A stretch of DNA of 64,000 nt from positions 1,335 through 65,334 of the forward strand of contig WGAY01000006.1 of assembly GCA_015494585.1 (NCBI GenBank), written 5' to 3'. The stretch comes from Candidatus Omnitrophota bacterium (lineage in GTDB: Bacteria; Omnitrophota; Gorgyraeia; S143-82). Below the pieces are notes generated by a model. It saw only the letters and a list, made by a program, of their open reading frames with translations. It was not told the origin of the DNA and ran no database searches. The position numbers and the translations under genes were made by a program. Positions 20,660-31,050 of the stretch are shown piece by piece; positions within the stretch are counted from its first letter, which is position 1; every line of letters begins with the position of its first letter.

Positions 20660-21731
20660 CGCTATTTCCTCCTGGTTTAACCTGATCTAGAAGCATAGGA
20701 TTCTTCATATAGGTTACTGCATCCTCATAATCTATCAATCCCCTGGCGTATAGCTGCTGGATAGATTTGTCCATTGTTTGCATACCATACTGGGCACCTG
20801 TCTGGATAAGGTTAGGTATCTGCTCTATACGCATTTCACGGATAACATTCCTAATAGCCGGGGTGCATACCAATATCTCCATTGCCAAGACCCTTCCTGT
20901 GCCATCCTTTTTCTTAAACAGCTGCTGGGACAGAACTGCCTGCAGACAGTCAGCAAGCTGGAGTCTTATCTGCTGCTGCTGGTGGGGCGGGAAGACGTCT
21001 ATAACACGCTCGACTGTCTGGGCCGCATCTACTGTATGCAATGTAGCCAGAACCAGGTGCCCTGTCTCAGCTGCGGTAATGGCAGTGGATATGGTCTCCA
21101 GATCTCGCATCTCACCAACCACAATCACATCCGGGTCTTGACGCAGGACATGCCTCAAGGCACTGGCAAATGACAGGGTATCCTGATGGACCTCTCTCTG
21201 TTTTACGATACTATTTTTATGTTTGTAGAGGTACTCTATAGGGTCCTCTACGGTTATTATCAACTTCTTAAACTCTTCATTTATCAAATTAACCATCGCC
21301 GCTAAGGTTGTGCTCTTTCCAACACCAGTAGGTCCGGTAACCAGGATCAAGCCATTCGGCTTTCGCGCTAGTTCTTTTACCACTGGCGGCAACCCTAGCG
21401 ACTCCCAATCTGGTATCTTGGAGGATACCCGCCTAAAGGCGGCCTCTACACTACCTCTCTGCATATGGACATTTATCCTAAACCTATCTGTATTTGGGAA
21501 ATGGAGTGAGAAGTCAAGTTCTAATTCCTTCTCAAACTTTTGCTTTTGACTATCCGTCAAACATCCGTAAATCATCCTCCTCAGCTCATCCCTTTTTATG
21601 GGTGGAAAATCCTCAACGACCATAAGGCTACCGTGTACACGTAACACCGGCGGCATATTGGCCGTTAGGTGCAGGTCAGAGGCCCCTTTCTCCATACATA
21701 ACAAAAGCAAATCGACAATATTAACCGACAT
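20625..21731 (-). CDS. pilT: type IV pilus retraction ATPase PilT
   Basis: Walker [11 protein letters not shown], Asp and His boxes (VVGEMRD, ATLHT), and the PilT-specific C-terminal region. Confidence 0.85.
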   Translation of the reverse strand: MSVNIVDLLLLCMEKGASDLHLTANMPPVLRVHGSLMVVEDFPPIKRDELRRMIYGCLTDSQKQKFEKELELDFSLHFPNTDRFRINVHMQRGSVEAAFRRVSSKIPDWESLGLPPVVKELARKPNGLILVTGPTGVGKSTTLAAMVNLINEEFKKLIITVEDPIEYLYKHKNSIVKQREVHQDTLSFASALRHVLRQDPDVIVVGEMRDLETISTAITAAETGHLVLATLHTVDAAQTVERVIDVFPPHQQQQIRLQLADCLQAVLSQQLFKKKDGTGRVLAMEILVCTPAIRNVIREMRIEQIPNLIQTGAQYGMQTMDKSIQQLYARGLIDYEDAVTYMKNPMLLDQVKPGGNSDEDKRKGVRFW

Positions 21732-21767
21732 AACAACTCCTTTCCCCCATCCTACCCCAAATCTATT

Positions 21768-23024
21768 TTAAAGAATATACTTCCTGGGATCAGCGATCCT
21801 GCCTTCCAATGCAGTCGCTGCTGCCGTCAGAGGAGAGGCGAGATAAATAAACGCATTCGGATTTCCCATTCGTCCTTTAAAGTTTCTGTTAGCGGTAGAA
21901 AGTACCTTCTCGCCATCCGCAGGCACACCATTGTGTGTCCCCACACAGGGCCCACATCCTGGAGTAACCACTGCTGCACCTGCCTCTACCAATGTAGTTA
22001 TTATACCATCTTTTATAGCGCGCAATAAGACCTCTCTTGAGGCAGGGGCTACAACAAACCTCACCTTAGGAGAGACCTTACGACCCTTGAGTATCTGGGC
22101 TGCTGCCCTTAGATCAGAATATCTGCCATTGGTACAGGTCCCAATATAGACCTCATCGACGGGCATACCTTCTATCTCTCCTATATCCACTACATTATCC
22201 ACAGCATGGGGTTTTGCTATCTTGGGCACTATCGTTGAGGCATCAAACTCCAGTTCCTGGCAATAAACTGCATCTTCATCTGCGAATACCGGATCATAAT
22301 GACGCTTAGCCCGTCCTTTCAAAAATTCCCCCACGACATTATTGTAAGGCAGTATAGCCGCTTTAGCGCCCATCTCAACACCCATATTGGCTATCGTAAA
22401 CCTGCCCTCCATATCTAGGCTATCTATTACCTCTCCATAAAATTCCACTGCCTTATAAGTCGCGCCATTAACTGTAAGCTGACCTATGATATGCAAAATA
22501 ACATCTTTGGCAGTTACCCCTGGAGCAAGCTTGCCATTCACTACAATCTTTATCGTCTCAGGGACCTTAAACCAGTTCTTGCCGCTCGCCAGGGTAACCG
22601 CTAGATCCGTAGAACCAACACCTGAGGCAAATGCCCCCAGGGCACCATAAGAACAAGTATGGGAATCTGCTCCCAACACCAGGTCTCCTGGCAGGACATT
22701 GCCAGACTCCGGAACGACTGCATGGCAGACCCCTTCTCCTATGTCGAACAACTTCACCCCATATTCCTCGGCAAATTTTCGCATCTTATCGTGAATCCTG
22801 GATACTCCTTGATTGGGCGAAGGGGCGCTGTGGTCTATCACCATGGAAAAATTATCGGCCAGGGCAAGGTTCTTTATCCCCCACTGCCTTATCCTGTCTA
22901 TGATAATCATACTCGTGCCATCCTGACCAAAACAGTAGTCCACCTTACATATTGCAAAGTCACCTGCCTTCAGATCTTGCCCCGCGTGTTTAGACAATAT
23001 CTTCTCAGCTATGGTCTTTCCCAT
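21768..23024 (-). CDS. leuC: 3-isopropylmalate dehydratase large subunit (type 2)
   Basis: Aconitase-family catalytic domain with GIVHQV-like and CTNGR motifs (GICHAVV, GTCTNGRYSD). Confidence 0.85.
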   Translation of the reverse strand: MGKTIAEKILSKHAGQDLKAGDFAICKVDYCFGQDGTSMIIIDRIRQWGIKNLALADNFSMVIDHSAPSPNQGVSRIHDKMRKFAEEYGVKLFDIGEGVCHAVVPESGNVLPGDLVLGADSHTCSYGALGAFASGVGSTDLAVTLASGKNWFKVPETIKIVVNGKLAPGVTAKDVILHIIGQLTVNGATYKAVEFYGEVIDSLDMEGRFTIANMGVEMGAKAAILPYNNVVGEFLKGRAKRHYDPVFADEDAVYCQELEFDASTIVPKIAKPHAVDNVVDIGEIEGMPVDEVYIGTCTNGRYSDLRAAAQILKGRKVSPKVRFVVAPASREVLLRAIKDGIITTLVEAGAAVVTPGCGPCVGTHNGVPADGEKVLSTANRNFKGRMGNPNAFIYLASPLTAAATALEGRIADPRKYIL

Positions 23025-23139
23025 ATATCCTCCTTACCGTTAGCACTTGCCAGGACAGGTTTATCCCGGATTATGTATTAGAATTCTTTAGCTTCCATCG
23101 TTTGGCTAATCAAACCTCTCTTTTCTCATCCAAATATAA

Positions 23140-23349
23140 CTCAAATCTCAAATCTCAAAAGTCAAATCCACAACTTAAAACTTAAATCTTTTATTTTATC
23201 CTTTCTTCCTCTTCTCTTCATCGTCAGCTGAGCTGCCAATTCTTGCACTCCGATTTTGCCTCCATTAAGTCCGCTTTCTCTATATCCCATGTTAAAAACA
23301 ATTTTGAGCTTTGAGTTGTGGTTTTTAGTTTTTAGCTTTGAGTTTTTAG
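23140..23349. repeat. pair of inverted arms of about 49 nt, each built from 7-mer CTCAAAT-like repeats flanking CCACAA, separated by about 112 nt
   Basis: Arm 1 (23140-23188, plus) reads ctcaaat ctcaaat ctcaaaa gtcaaat ccacaa cttaaaa cttaaat. Arm 2 (23301-23349, read on the minus strand) reads ctaaaaa ctcaaag ctaaaaa ctaaaaa ccacaa ctcaaag ctcaaaa. The arms are about 77 percent identical. Confidence 0.6.
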
Positions 23350-23436
23350 TTTTTTATTTGTCCCCCAATGGCTCCCATTATATCACAAATCCCTATGCAG
23401 AATTTGCGATTATAGATTATAGATTTTATCACATCT

Positions 23437-24429
23437 TCAATCACTATCAAAAGATGAAACTAGCTCACCTGCTGTAACCACCTCTACCCTATTCAAGATC
23501 TCTGTCTCCATGTCTAGTATGGCCCTTAATGTATTTACGCGATCGTGACCAATGGCAACTGCGTATCCTTTTTTTTCCGCAACACGAAGGGCGCGCCTTA
23601 TCTGAGATTTTATATAAGATATACTTGAATCGTTATCGATAAAGACATCTCTGCTCAAACACATCATTCCGTTTTCCTTGGCAACCTTACATACCACAGA
23701 GGAAGGGGTAGATACACTGTCTATAAAAAAACCTACCCGACCCTTTAAGGTCTTTACCACGACATTCATCAGGCGCCTATCCGCTGTCGCCTTTGAACCC
23801 ATATGATTATTTACACCCTTTACATAGGGGACTGAATCCAGCAGACTTAACACAGTCTGTCCTATCTGCCCCTCATCCATATCAGTCGTTATCGTAACCT
23901 TTTCCCAGTACTTCCTATCCAGATTCAACGGTTCCATCGGCAGATGAAGCATAACCTCTTTTCCATAGCGATGCGCCGTCTCTGCAGCGGCGCGACTATA
24001 TCTATGATTAGGAAGCACAGAGACATCCAGCTTTAAGGCTATATCCCGCAGATAGGGAAAATTCTGATTAGAGTAGCCCCAATCATCCAGTATAATTACC
24101 AACCTAGGCAGAGGTTTTTCCTTCTTCGAAGCTGTTCTAACGCCGACACCAGAGGCAATCTTTAGGCTTTTTTTAGATACAACCTTCCTCTGCTTCTTCT
24201 TCGTAGCAACCTTATTTCTAACACTTTTAACCCCTTGCCGTGCAGATGTTTTTGCTCCTAATTGTAATTGGCGGACCCCCTCCAACCTTGCCTTTAACGC
24301 AAGGTTCTCCTTAAACAAGCCAGAGATAATAAGCGCCTCAAGGATTGCTAAAAGAAAGACCAGAACAAAGGCGATGTGGAGCACAGGCAGAGAAACTTTA
24401 GGTCGCCTACGCCTTCTCCCGCGTGGCAT
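23437..24429 (-). CDS. divergent polysaccharide deacetylase family protein (YibQ-like)
   Basis: Arg-rich N-terminus with a TM anchor, then the YibQ/DUF610 core (LVIILDDWGY ... VLPNHRYS ... HLPMEP). Confidence 0.65.
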   Translation of the reverse strand: MPRGRRRRRPKVSLPVLHIAFVLVFLLAILEALIISGLFKENLALKARLEGVRQLQLGAKTSARQGVKSVRNKVATKKKQRKVVSKKSLKIASGVGVRTASKKEKPLPRLVIILDDWGYSNQNFPYLRDIALKLDVSVLPNHRYSRAAAETAHRYGKEVMLHLPMEPLNLDRKYWEKVTITTDMDEGQIGQTVLSLLDSVPYVKGVNNHMGSKATADRRLMNVVVKTLKGRVGFFIDSVSTPSSVVCKVAKENGMMCLSRDVFIDNDSSISYIKSQIRRALRVAEKKGYAVAIGHDRVNTLRAILDMETEILNRVEVVTAGELVSSFDSD

Positions 24430-25445
24430 TACATCTCCCTGCCAACCGCCCCTGCGACCCTGGCGGCCTCTACCATAAGATCATGGAAGAGATCAGGCGT
24501 CAAGGACTGTGCACCATCTGAAAGTGCCTCTTCGGGATTGGTATGGACCTCTACCATAAGACCATCCGCACCAGCGGCAATCGCTGCCATTGACACAGCC
24601 TTTATTAGTGAACGTTTACCCGTACCATGACTGGGATCGACAATTATCGGAAGATGAGATAATTGCTTGACAGCTGGTATAGCGTTTATGTCTAGTGTAT
24701 TGCGTGTGTATTCTTCAAAGGTCCTTATCCCCCTCTCACACAATATAACCTCAAAGTTGCCCTCTTTCAATATATACTCCGCTGACATCAACCATTCCTT
24801 GATAGTAGCACAAAGCCCACGCTTTAGCATAACAGGCTTTCTTATACGCCCAACCTCTTTAAGTAGATTAAAGTTCTGCATATTCCTGGCACCTATCTGG
24901 AGTATATCCGCATAGCTAGCGACGAGTTCTACTTGCCTAGGTTCCATTACCTCAGTTACAGTCAGAAGGCCAAGCTCATCTGCTACCTGCCTCATATACT
25001 TAAGGCCCTCCTCGCCTAAGCCCTGAAAGGCATAGGGAGAAGTACGAGGTTTAAAGGCACCACCTCTTAATATCAAGGCCCCATCCTTTTTTACTGCCTT
25101 TGCAATATCCCTGAGAAGGTCTATATTCTCTATAGAACAAGGGCCTGCCATAACCACAACCCTGTTGCCACCTATCTCAACACCATTAGGGAAACGAATA
25201 ACTGTCGATTCCGGCTTGAACTCCCTAGATACCAGTTTATATGGTGCCATAACAGGCATTACCTTCTCCACCCCAGGGAAGGCCTCAATAGGCTGACCTA
25301 GGAGCAGGGACTCATCACCTATCACACCTATTATCGTCCTCTCTATCCCTCTGGAGAGCATTGTCTTTAGGCCAAGTTTCTCAACCCTCTCAATCACATG
25401 GTCTATATCCTGCTGTGTTGCGGATGACTTCATCACTATAATCAT
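24429..25445 (-). CDS. aroF: 3-deoxy-7-phosphoheptulonate (DAHP) synthase, type I-beta with N-terminal ferredoxin-like regulatory domain
   Basis: N-terminal ACT-like domain ([25 protein letters not shown]), then the KDO8PS/DAHPS TIM-barrel core GPCSIEN ... [13 protein letters not shown] ... [12 protein letters not shown]. Confidence 0.8.
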   Translation of the reverse strand: MIIVMKSSATQQDIDHVIERVEKLGLKTMLSRGIERTIIGVIGDESLLLGQPIEAFPGVEKVMPVMAPYKLVSREFKPESTVIRFPNGVEIGGNRVVVMAGPCSIENIDLLRDIAKAVKKDGALILRGGAFKPRTSPYAFQGLGEEGLKYMRQVADELGLLTVTEVMEPRQVELVASYADILQIGARNMQNFNLLKEVGRIRKPVMLKRGLCATIKEWLMSAEYILKEGNFEVILCERGIRTFEEYTRNTLDINAIPAVKQLSHLPIIVDPSHGTGKRSLIKAVSMAAIAAGADGLMVEVHTNPEEALSDGAQSLTPDLFHDLMVEAARVAGAVGREM

Positions 25446-25458
25446 AATAGCACCTCCA

Positions 25459-26538
25459 CTATTTCAACAATCTCTTAAGTTCCTTAATAAACCTACGATT
25501 TTCTCCTGGCTGGCCTACAGTAACGCGAATAAACTCTGGCATTCCCCAGGCCTTCATATGACGCACGATTATGCCCCGTTTAAGTAAGGCCTCAACCAGA
25601 TCAGATGCATTATTGCCAATCTTTACCAACAAAAAATTAGTTACAGACGGCAAAAACTCTACCCTCAATTTTCTAAAGGTATTCTCCAGAAACCTCTTCT
25701 CTTTTTTGAAAACCCTATATAGCTTTTCGTAATATTGTTTACTATCCAGTGCTGCCAAGGCAGCGGTCTGTGCAATAGAATTCACATTAAACGGCTCCCT
25801 CACCTTATTCATTATATCTATGATATCCCGCCTAGCAAACCCATAGCCTATCCTGAGGCCCGCCAAACCATAGTATTTTGAGAAAGTCCTGCTCACAATA
25901 ACATTCCTTTTCTCCTTGACATAGGAAAGGGTATCAGGCCAATCGTCCATCTCACGTGCAAACTCAAAATAGGCCTCATCGAAAAACACAAAGACATCTG
26001 ACGGAAGGGACGCCAGAAAAGATTCCACCTCACTTTTGTTTACATAACTGCCTGTAGGATTATCTGGATTAGCAATAAATATCAGCTTCGTATTACTACT
26101 CACTGCTGAGGCAATCGCCTTTAAATCGTATTTAAAATCCTTCATAGGGATCTCCCTGATAGAAATCCCCTCAACCATAGAGGCTATTTTGTAAATCAAG
26201 AAGGTGGGGATCGCAGTCAATATCTCATCACCAGGAGAGACCAGAGAGCGCACAGCAAAGACGATCAACTCATCACTGCCATTACCAAAAATAATCTCAT
26301 TCTCATCCACAGAAAACTCCGCTGCCAACCTCTTACGCAGATAAAACACACTCGATTCTGGGTAACGGTTGATACGGTTGGCTGCCTCACATATACGCCG
26401 TCTAACCAGAGGAGATGGTGGAAATGGATTCTCATTAGAGGCAAGCTTTACTATCCGACTTATCCCCAGTTCTCGCTGAAGCTCCTCAACGGGTTTGCCC
26501 GGTTTATAACTGGCTATAGAATATAGATATTTCCGCAT
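25459..26538 (-). CDS. hisC: histidinol-phosphate aminotransferase
   Basis: [12 protein letters not shown] and the class II aminotransferase PLP-lysine region ([17 protein letters not shown]). Confidence 0.8.
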   Translation of the reverse strand: MRKYLYSIASYKPGKPVEELQRELGISRIVKLASNENPFPPSPLVRRRICEAANRINRYPESSVFYLRKRLAAEFSVDENEIIFGNGSDELIVFAVRSLVSPGDEILTAIPTFLIYKIASMVEGISIREIPMKDFKYDLKAIASAVSSNTKLIFIANPDNPTGSYVNKSEVESFLASLPSDVFVFFDEAYFEFAREMDDWPDTLSYVKEKRNVIVSRTFSKYYGLAGLRIGYGFARRDIIDIMNKVREPFNVNSIAQTAALAALDSKQYYEKLYRVFKKEKRFLENTFRKLRVEFLPSVTNFLLVKIGNNASDLVEALLKRGIIVRHMKAWGMPEFIRVTVGQPGENRRFIKELKRLLK

Positions 26539-26568
26539 TAGTCCCTCACAGTACCAAATAAAAAAACC

Positions 26569-26641
26569 ACGCCCAGAGGGATTCGAACCCCCAACACCCA
26601 GCTCCGTAGGCTGGTGCTCTATCCAATTGAGCTATGGGCGC
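26569..26641 (-). tRNA. tRNA-Arg (anticodon ACG)
   Basis: Manually folded on the minus strand: acceptor GCGCCCA, D-arm GCUC-AAUUGGAUA-GAGC, anticodon stem CCAGC/GCUGG with loop CUACGGA, T-arm GGGGG-UUCGAAU-CCCUC, discriminator G. No encoded CCA. Confidence 0.8.
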
Positions 26642-26721
26642 AGAATTATCTATTTTATCCGTAGATTATATCATTTCAGTGCCAATCCTGCACTAAAAAA
26701 CAGAAATTCAATTGTCAATTC

Positions 26722-26795
26722 CTCCCCGGGGGAGACTCGAACTCCCAACACTCGGATCCGAAGTCCGATGCTCTATCCAATTGAGCTACCGGGGA
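26722..26795 (-). tRNA. tRNA-Arg (anticodon UCG)
   Basis: Manually folded on the minus strand: acceptor UCCCCGG, the same Arg-type D-arm GCUC-AAUUGGAUA-GAGC, anticodon stem UCGGA/UCCGA with loop CUUCGGA, T-arm GGGAG-UUCGAGU-CUCCC. Confidence 0.75.
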
Positions 26796-27234
26796 TTGAG
26801 ATCGTTATGCCTCTCCTGGTCTCATCTATGTGTTCTATATTAACCCAAATCGTATCTTCAGGCAAATACTCCATAAATCTATCGGCCCACTCCACTATAC
26901 TAATATCGCCTGTCCTTATAATCTCCTCCCAGCCAAAGCTATAGAGGTCATAACTGGAATTTAATCTGTAAAGATCAAGGTGTTGGAGAACAACAGGAGC
27001 TGATTTATATTCTCCCCTATAGACGTTCATTATCACAAACGTGGGGCTGGAAACCCGACTTTCAGGTATCCCCAGGAAGGAAGCGGCCCCTTTTACAAAA
27101 ACGGTCTTGCCAGCACCTAAATTCCCTTTGAGACCTATCACTAGTGGCCTATATCTGCCAATGTTGTCCTCTATAACCGAACGGGCAATGGTCTTTGTCT
27201 CTGCTTCTGAATGGGATATCAATCTTTCTTCCAC
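26773..27234 (-). CDS. tsaE: tRNA threonylcarbamoyladenosine biosynthesis ATPase TsaE
   Basis: P-loop GNLGAGKT and the YjeE family core (SPTFVIMNVY ... HLDLYRL). The ORF 3' end overlaps the 5' end of tRNA-Arg(UCG) by about 23 nt. Confidence 0.75.
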   Translation of the reverse strand: MEERLISHSEAETKTIARSVIEDNIGRYRPLVIGLKGNLGAGKTVFVKGAASFLGIPESRVSSPTFVIMNVYRGEYKSAPVVLQHLDLYRLNSSYDLYSFGWEEIIRTGDISIVEWADRFMEYLPEDTIWVNIEHIDETRRGITISIPGSSIG

Positions 27235-28352
27235 TTTACTGTATACCTCCCGGACAGGAATCTTATCAAGGCCTCCACGGCCGCCAGGTTAAGGACAGAA
27301 AAGGTATATATAAACGAGGCAAATCTATTATTCACCCGCCTATTCCACAACAACAGACCAGAAGCATAGGAATAAACCAATACCTGCAATAGAAAGACGA
27401 CAAGCCAGGCCCAGGAATTAACAGCAAGGATTGCGCTAGAGACAAGCATCAGTAAAAAGGCATAGGGAACAAACAACCTGAACATCTTATGAGAGAGAAA
27501 TTGAAATACTATCGGGCTTTCCAAAGACAATATCCATCTATTCATAGCCACTAATTGAAAGTTTCCAATAAGGGTGCGCACTTTTCTGTCATACTCTCGT
27601 CTATCTTCTACCCTATCGTATATAAAGGCATTTTGACAGAAGACAGCACGCTTACCACGTCTTACGGCATTCAGTGGTTGATATATATCATCTAGTATTA
27701 TATCCGACGGAAGTTCCCTGATATAGGACCTCTTCATAGCATACAACGCACCTGTCGCCCCTATCATCGAGTGAAGCCTTGACTCGCACCTACGAATGAA
27801 TTTCTCATATCTCCAGTAGAGGCCTATATGTCGCCGTATCTCTCCATCATCATTTGTAAAGACAAGTTCACCACTAGCTGAACCAACAGATTCGTCACCC
27901 AATGCCGAGACCAGTATAGAAATGGCATTTTTATCGATTACCTGACGAGCATCGGTAAAGACTATTATTCCCCTATTGGTCCGCGCCAACAGATCGTTTA
28001 ATACGGCAGGTTTACCCCTCCTCTCAGGAAAGCTATATACATAGAGATTCTCACCAACACCTTTCCCCTTCAGATTGTTTAATATATCCTCACTATTATC
28101 TGTGCAGCCATCTAGTCCTATGAGTATTTCTATCTTATCTTTCGGATAGTCTCCATTAAAGATAGAATTAACCTTCTCTTCCAGATACTGGCCTTCATTA
28201 TAAGCAGAAATAATGACACTTATCAAGGGCTGGTAATCATAATTATGCCTAATGCCTCTCCCCAATAGACGCGACAGGATACAAATAATAATGGGATAAA
28301 TCAGATAGGTATATAGGACAAATCCCAACCCAAGAAAAAAGAGTTGTTTCAT
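27219..28352 (-). CDS. glycosyltransferase family 2, membrane-embedded (polysaccharide synthase-like)
   Basis: N-terminal TM helix, a GT-A core (ISVIISAYNE ... LDGCTDNS ... VFTDAR), and C-terminal TM helices. Confidence 0.7.
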   Translation of the reverse strand: MKQLFFLGLGFVLYTYLIYPIIICILSRLLGRGIRHNYDYQPLISVIISAYNEGQYLEEKVNSIFNGDYPKDKIEILIGLDGCTDNSEDILNNLKGKGVGENLYVYSFPERRGKPAVLNDLLARTNRGIIVFTDARQVIDKNAISILVSALGDESVGSASGELVFTNDDGEIRRHIGLYWRYEKFIRRCESRLHSMIGATGALYAMKRSYIRELPSDIILDDIYQPLNAVRRGKRAVFCQNAFIYDRVEDRREYDRKVRTLIGNFQLVAMNRWILSLESPIVFQFLSHKMFRLFVPYAFLLMLVSSAILAVNSWAWLVVFLLQVLVYSYASGLLLWNRRVNNRFASFIYTFSVLNLAAVEALIRFLSGRYTVKWKKD

Positions 28353-29044
28353 TTTCTACTAAAGAGCCCCCGTTTTATGGATTCATATCTTTCAAGGCCA
28401 ATAATACCCTTTAGTCCTAGTATTATATGCCTCTGTATCCTTCTCTTGAATATCTCTAGAGGGTCTTCAATCAACAATCGCCTTAAAGAAGACAGGCTGT
28501 CTGTTTTTCTGATAACAAATCTAGGCACCATGAAATCACTGCCGTACCATTTGCCGGGTTCAGAGACAAACACAGCCTTATATCCCATATCTTTTAACAG
28601 GTCCAATCCACCCTTTGGCATAACCCCCTTGGGCATAGAAAAGTATTTTATAGTACAATCCAACAAGTCCTCCAAGAGTTCCTTTGAACGAGCCGCTTCG
28701 TATTCGAGTACCTCCTGAGAGGTAATCTCTTTATGATTCAGGCCATGCGATCCAATCTCAACCCCCATTTGTAATAAATGCCTTAGATCAACTGCACTTA
28801 ATACATCCCTGCCTTCTAGTTTTTTGCCAAGCATTTCCACCACTGGGAAAACAATTGTCCTCAATCTCGCCTCAAGAACGATAGGGATAGCCAAGTCTTT
28901 TATGGATCTATATCCATCGTCGAATGTGATGATAAGTTTATCTCTGTGACAGGAAAATAATTCTATATGTGCAGCAAAGGCCTCAGGGCTTATTGTATAG
29001 ATATCCTCATCGTAGCCTATATTGTGATACATCAAGACAATCAT
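28349..29044 (-). CDS. polysaccharide deacetylase (NodB homology domain)
   Basis: FDDGYRS, IGSHGLNH and related NodB motifs. Its stop overlaps the GT2 start by 4 nt. Confidence 0.7.
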   Translation of the reverse strand: MIVLMYHNIGYDEDIYTISPEAFAAHIELFSCHRDKLIITFDDGYRSIKDLAIPIVLEARLRTIVFPVVEMLGKKLEGRDVLSAVDLRHLLQMGVEIGSHGLNHKEITSQEVLEYEAARSKELLEDLLDCTIKYFSMPKGVMPKGGLDLLKDMGYKAVFVSEPGKWYGSDFMVPRFVIRKTDSLSSLRRLLIEDPLEIFKRRIQRHIILGLKGIIGLERYESIKRGLFSRK

Positions 29045-29052
29045 GCTGCATA

Positions 29053-31035
29053 CTAAACGGCCCTGACATCTATAGAAGCATCCTTTAAGGCCTCTATTAT
29101 CCTTTCAAAATCAGGGTCTATCTCTTCCTCTTTTAGGGTGCGATCCGGATGGTAGAATCTCAACCTATAGGCATAACTCAATCTGCCGTCAGGAGAATGG
29201 AAGACATCTATCAATTCTATTGTCCTTAGATAGTCTCCACCTGCCTTCTTTATAATATCAACTATTTCCTGATAATTCGTACGGCCTCCCAGCCACATGC
29301 TTATGTCTCTCTCCACAGGAGGGTAAAGCGGGATAGATTCATAGACCAGTTTCCTATCCTCCCAAAGCCCCAATAATTCAGATAGGTCCACTTCCAGATA
29401 AAAGACAACATCTCTTGTCTTTATCCCCAACTGTTTCAGGACCACGTTTCTGACCTTTCCAAAGAATCCCAACCTCTTATTATTCGAATAGATCTCAGCA
29501 AAGGAACTCAATATCTTATTCTTTGCCTTCTTTATCTCAATATCTGTAAAGCCTAATATATCCTCGATTATTTGTTTTATAGCCCTGAAGGCCGCATTTA
29601 GCTCCTCTTCCACCACTAAAATAGAAAGGACATCCCTCTCAACACAAAGGTCCTCTCGTGTCAAAGCCTGGGATATCTCGTAAATCCTTATATATTTGTT
29701 TCCATAGGAAAGGTTGGTCTTGAGTGCAGAAAGAAGTCCAGATATAGCAGACGGCCTCAAAAACAGATAATCCTGGCTTATTGTATTTTCAACGGACAAA
29801 AGGCCTTTCAGGGATAGGGCCTCTTTCTCTTTCTCAGAGATAAGCGAAAAACTGATTGCCTCGGACAGTCCCCTTGCCTCGAGTTTGCAACGAATCTCAG
29901 AGAGCAACCTTTCCTTTAAGGAATATCGTCCCCTAAGATTATTCAGACCTATACCAGGCATGACCATAGGGATCTTATCGTATCCGTATATCCTCAACAC
30001 CTCTTCTAGGACATCCTCTTTTAACGAGACATCCTGTCGAAAGCTCGGCACCTTAACATCTATAATCCCCTCTTTCACATCGCATTCAAATCCCAGCCCT
30101 GTCAATATCCTAACTTGCTCTTCTAATGGTATATTTACATCGGCATATTCCAAAGGAAACTCCATTGGGAAAGAAATAATACGCTCGAATGGGGCATATT
30201 TATCATAGACATCATAACCCAATATACTTCCGCCGCTAAGCTCAGAGATAAGTTTGGCCGCATAGAAACATGCCCTTTCCACGGCCTCGGGATCTATCTC
30301 TCTTTCAAACCTATAAGAGGCCTCAGTATTAATACCCAATCTCTGACGCGTCTTTCTAATATCTACACGAGGGAACATCGCTGACTCTAAGAGAATGAAA
30401 CGGGTATCCTGACCTACTTCACTGTTCTCCCCGCCCATTATCCCCGCCAGTGCTACTGGCCTATTAGAATCTGCAATAACAATATCCGAAGGGGTAAGAA
30501 GCCTCTCTTCACCATCCAGGGTAACTATTCTCTCGCCTTTTTTCGCCCTCCTTACCAGCAATTCTCTGCCCTCTATACGGGCAAAGTCAAATGCATGCAA
30601 TGGCTGTCCAAATAAAAGCATCGTATAGTTGGTAACATCGACTACATTATTTATAGGCCTTATACCAGCAGCTCGCAGTCTTCTGCTCAACCACTCTGGC
30701 GAAGGCCCTACCTTTACTCCATCGATGCGCAGGCCAAAGTAACGCACTGCGCAATCCTCTTGAACAGAGAGTCTATAATCGACCTGCCCCTTTGCAATCT
30801 GCTCTATCTCAGGTTGAGATATCTGCGTCCTCTTAAGGGCTGCTATCTCCCTGGCTATCCCAAGGACAGAAAGCCAATCGCTCCTATTGCTGGTTATCTC
30901 AACTTCAATAAAGCCTATCCCATCTTCCTGTCCGTAATAGGCCTCAAGGCCTGCCATAGTCAATCTATCTGCCAGTTGTACCAAGTCCCAGTCAAAATCT
31001 ACAAATTCTTTAAGCCAGTCAATATCTACCCTCAT
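29053..31035 (-). CDS. pheT: phenylalanine--tRNA ligase beta subunit, short form lacking the N-terminal tRNA-binding (Myf/EMAP) domain
   Basis: B1 N-terminus (MRVDIDWLKEFV...TMAGLE) joined directly to the B3/B4 domain. B5 and FDX-ACB domains are present. 660 aa versus about 790 aa for the usual form. Confidence 0.85.
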   Translation of the reverse strand: MRVDIDWLKEFVDFDWDLVQLADRLTMAGLEAYYGQEDGIGFIEVEITSNRSDWLSVLGIAREIAALKRTQISQPEIEQIAKGQVDYRLSVQEDCAVRYFGLRIDGVKVGPSPEWLSRRLRAAGIRPINNVVDVTNYTMLLFGQPLHAFDFARIEGRELLVRRAKKGERIVTLDGEERLLTPSDIVIADSNRPVALAGIMGGENSEVGQDTRFILLESAMFPRVDIRKTRQRLGINTEASYRFEREIDPEAVERACFYAAKLISELSGGSILGYDVYDKYAPFERIISFPMEFPLEYADVNIPLEEQVRILTGLGFECDVKEGIIDVKVPSFRQDVSLKEDVLEEVLRIYGYDKIPMVMPGIGLNNLRGRYSLKERLLSEIRCKLEARGLSEAISFSLISEKEKEALSLKGLLSVENTISQDYLFLRPSAISGLLSALKTNLSYGNKYIRIYEISQALTREDLCVERDVLSILVVEEELNAAFRAIKQIIEDILGFTDIEIKKAKNKILSSFAEIYSNNKRLGFFGKVRNVVLKQLGIKTRDVVFYLEVDLSELLGLWEDRKLVYESIPLYPPVERDISMWLGGRTNYQEIVDIIKKAGGDYLRTIELIDVFHSPDGRLSYAYRLRFYHPDRTLKEEEIDPDFERIIEALKDASIDVRAV

Positions 31036-31050
31036 ATCTCATCCATTCCT

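Noticed and set aside
23025-23436. T-box or leucine attenuator leader upstream of leuC
   Set aside because: No T-box consensus (AATTAGGGTGGNACCGCG) and no Leu-codon-rich leader peptide could be found on the minus strand. The region is instead dominated by heptad repeats, reported separately.
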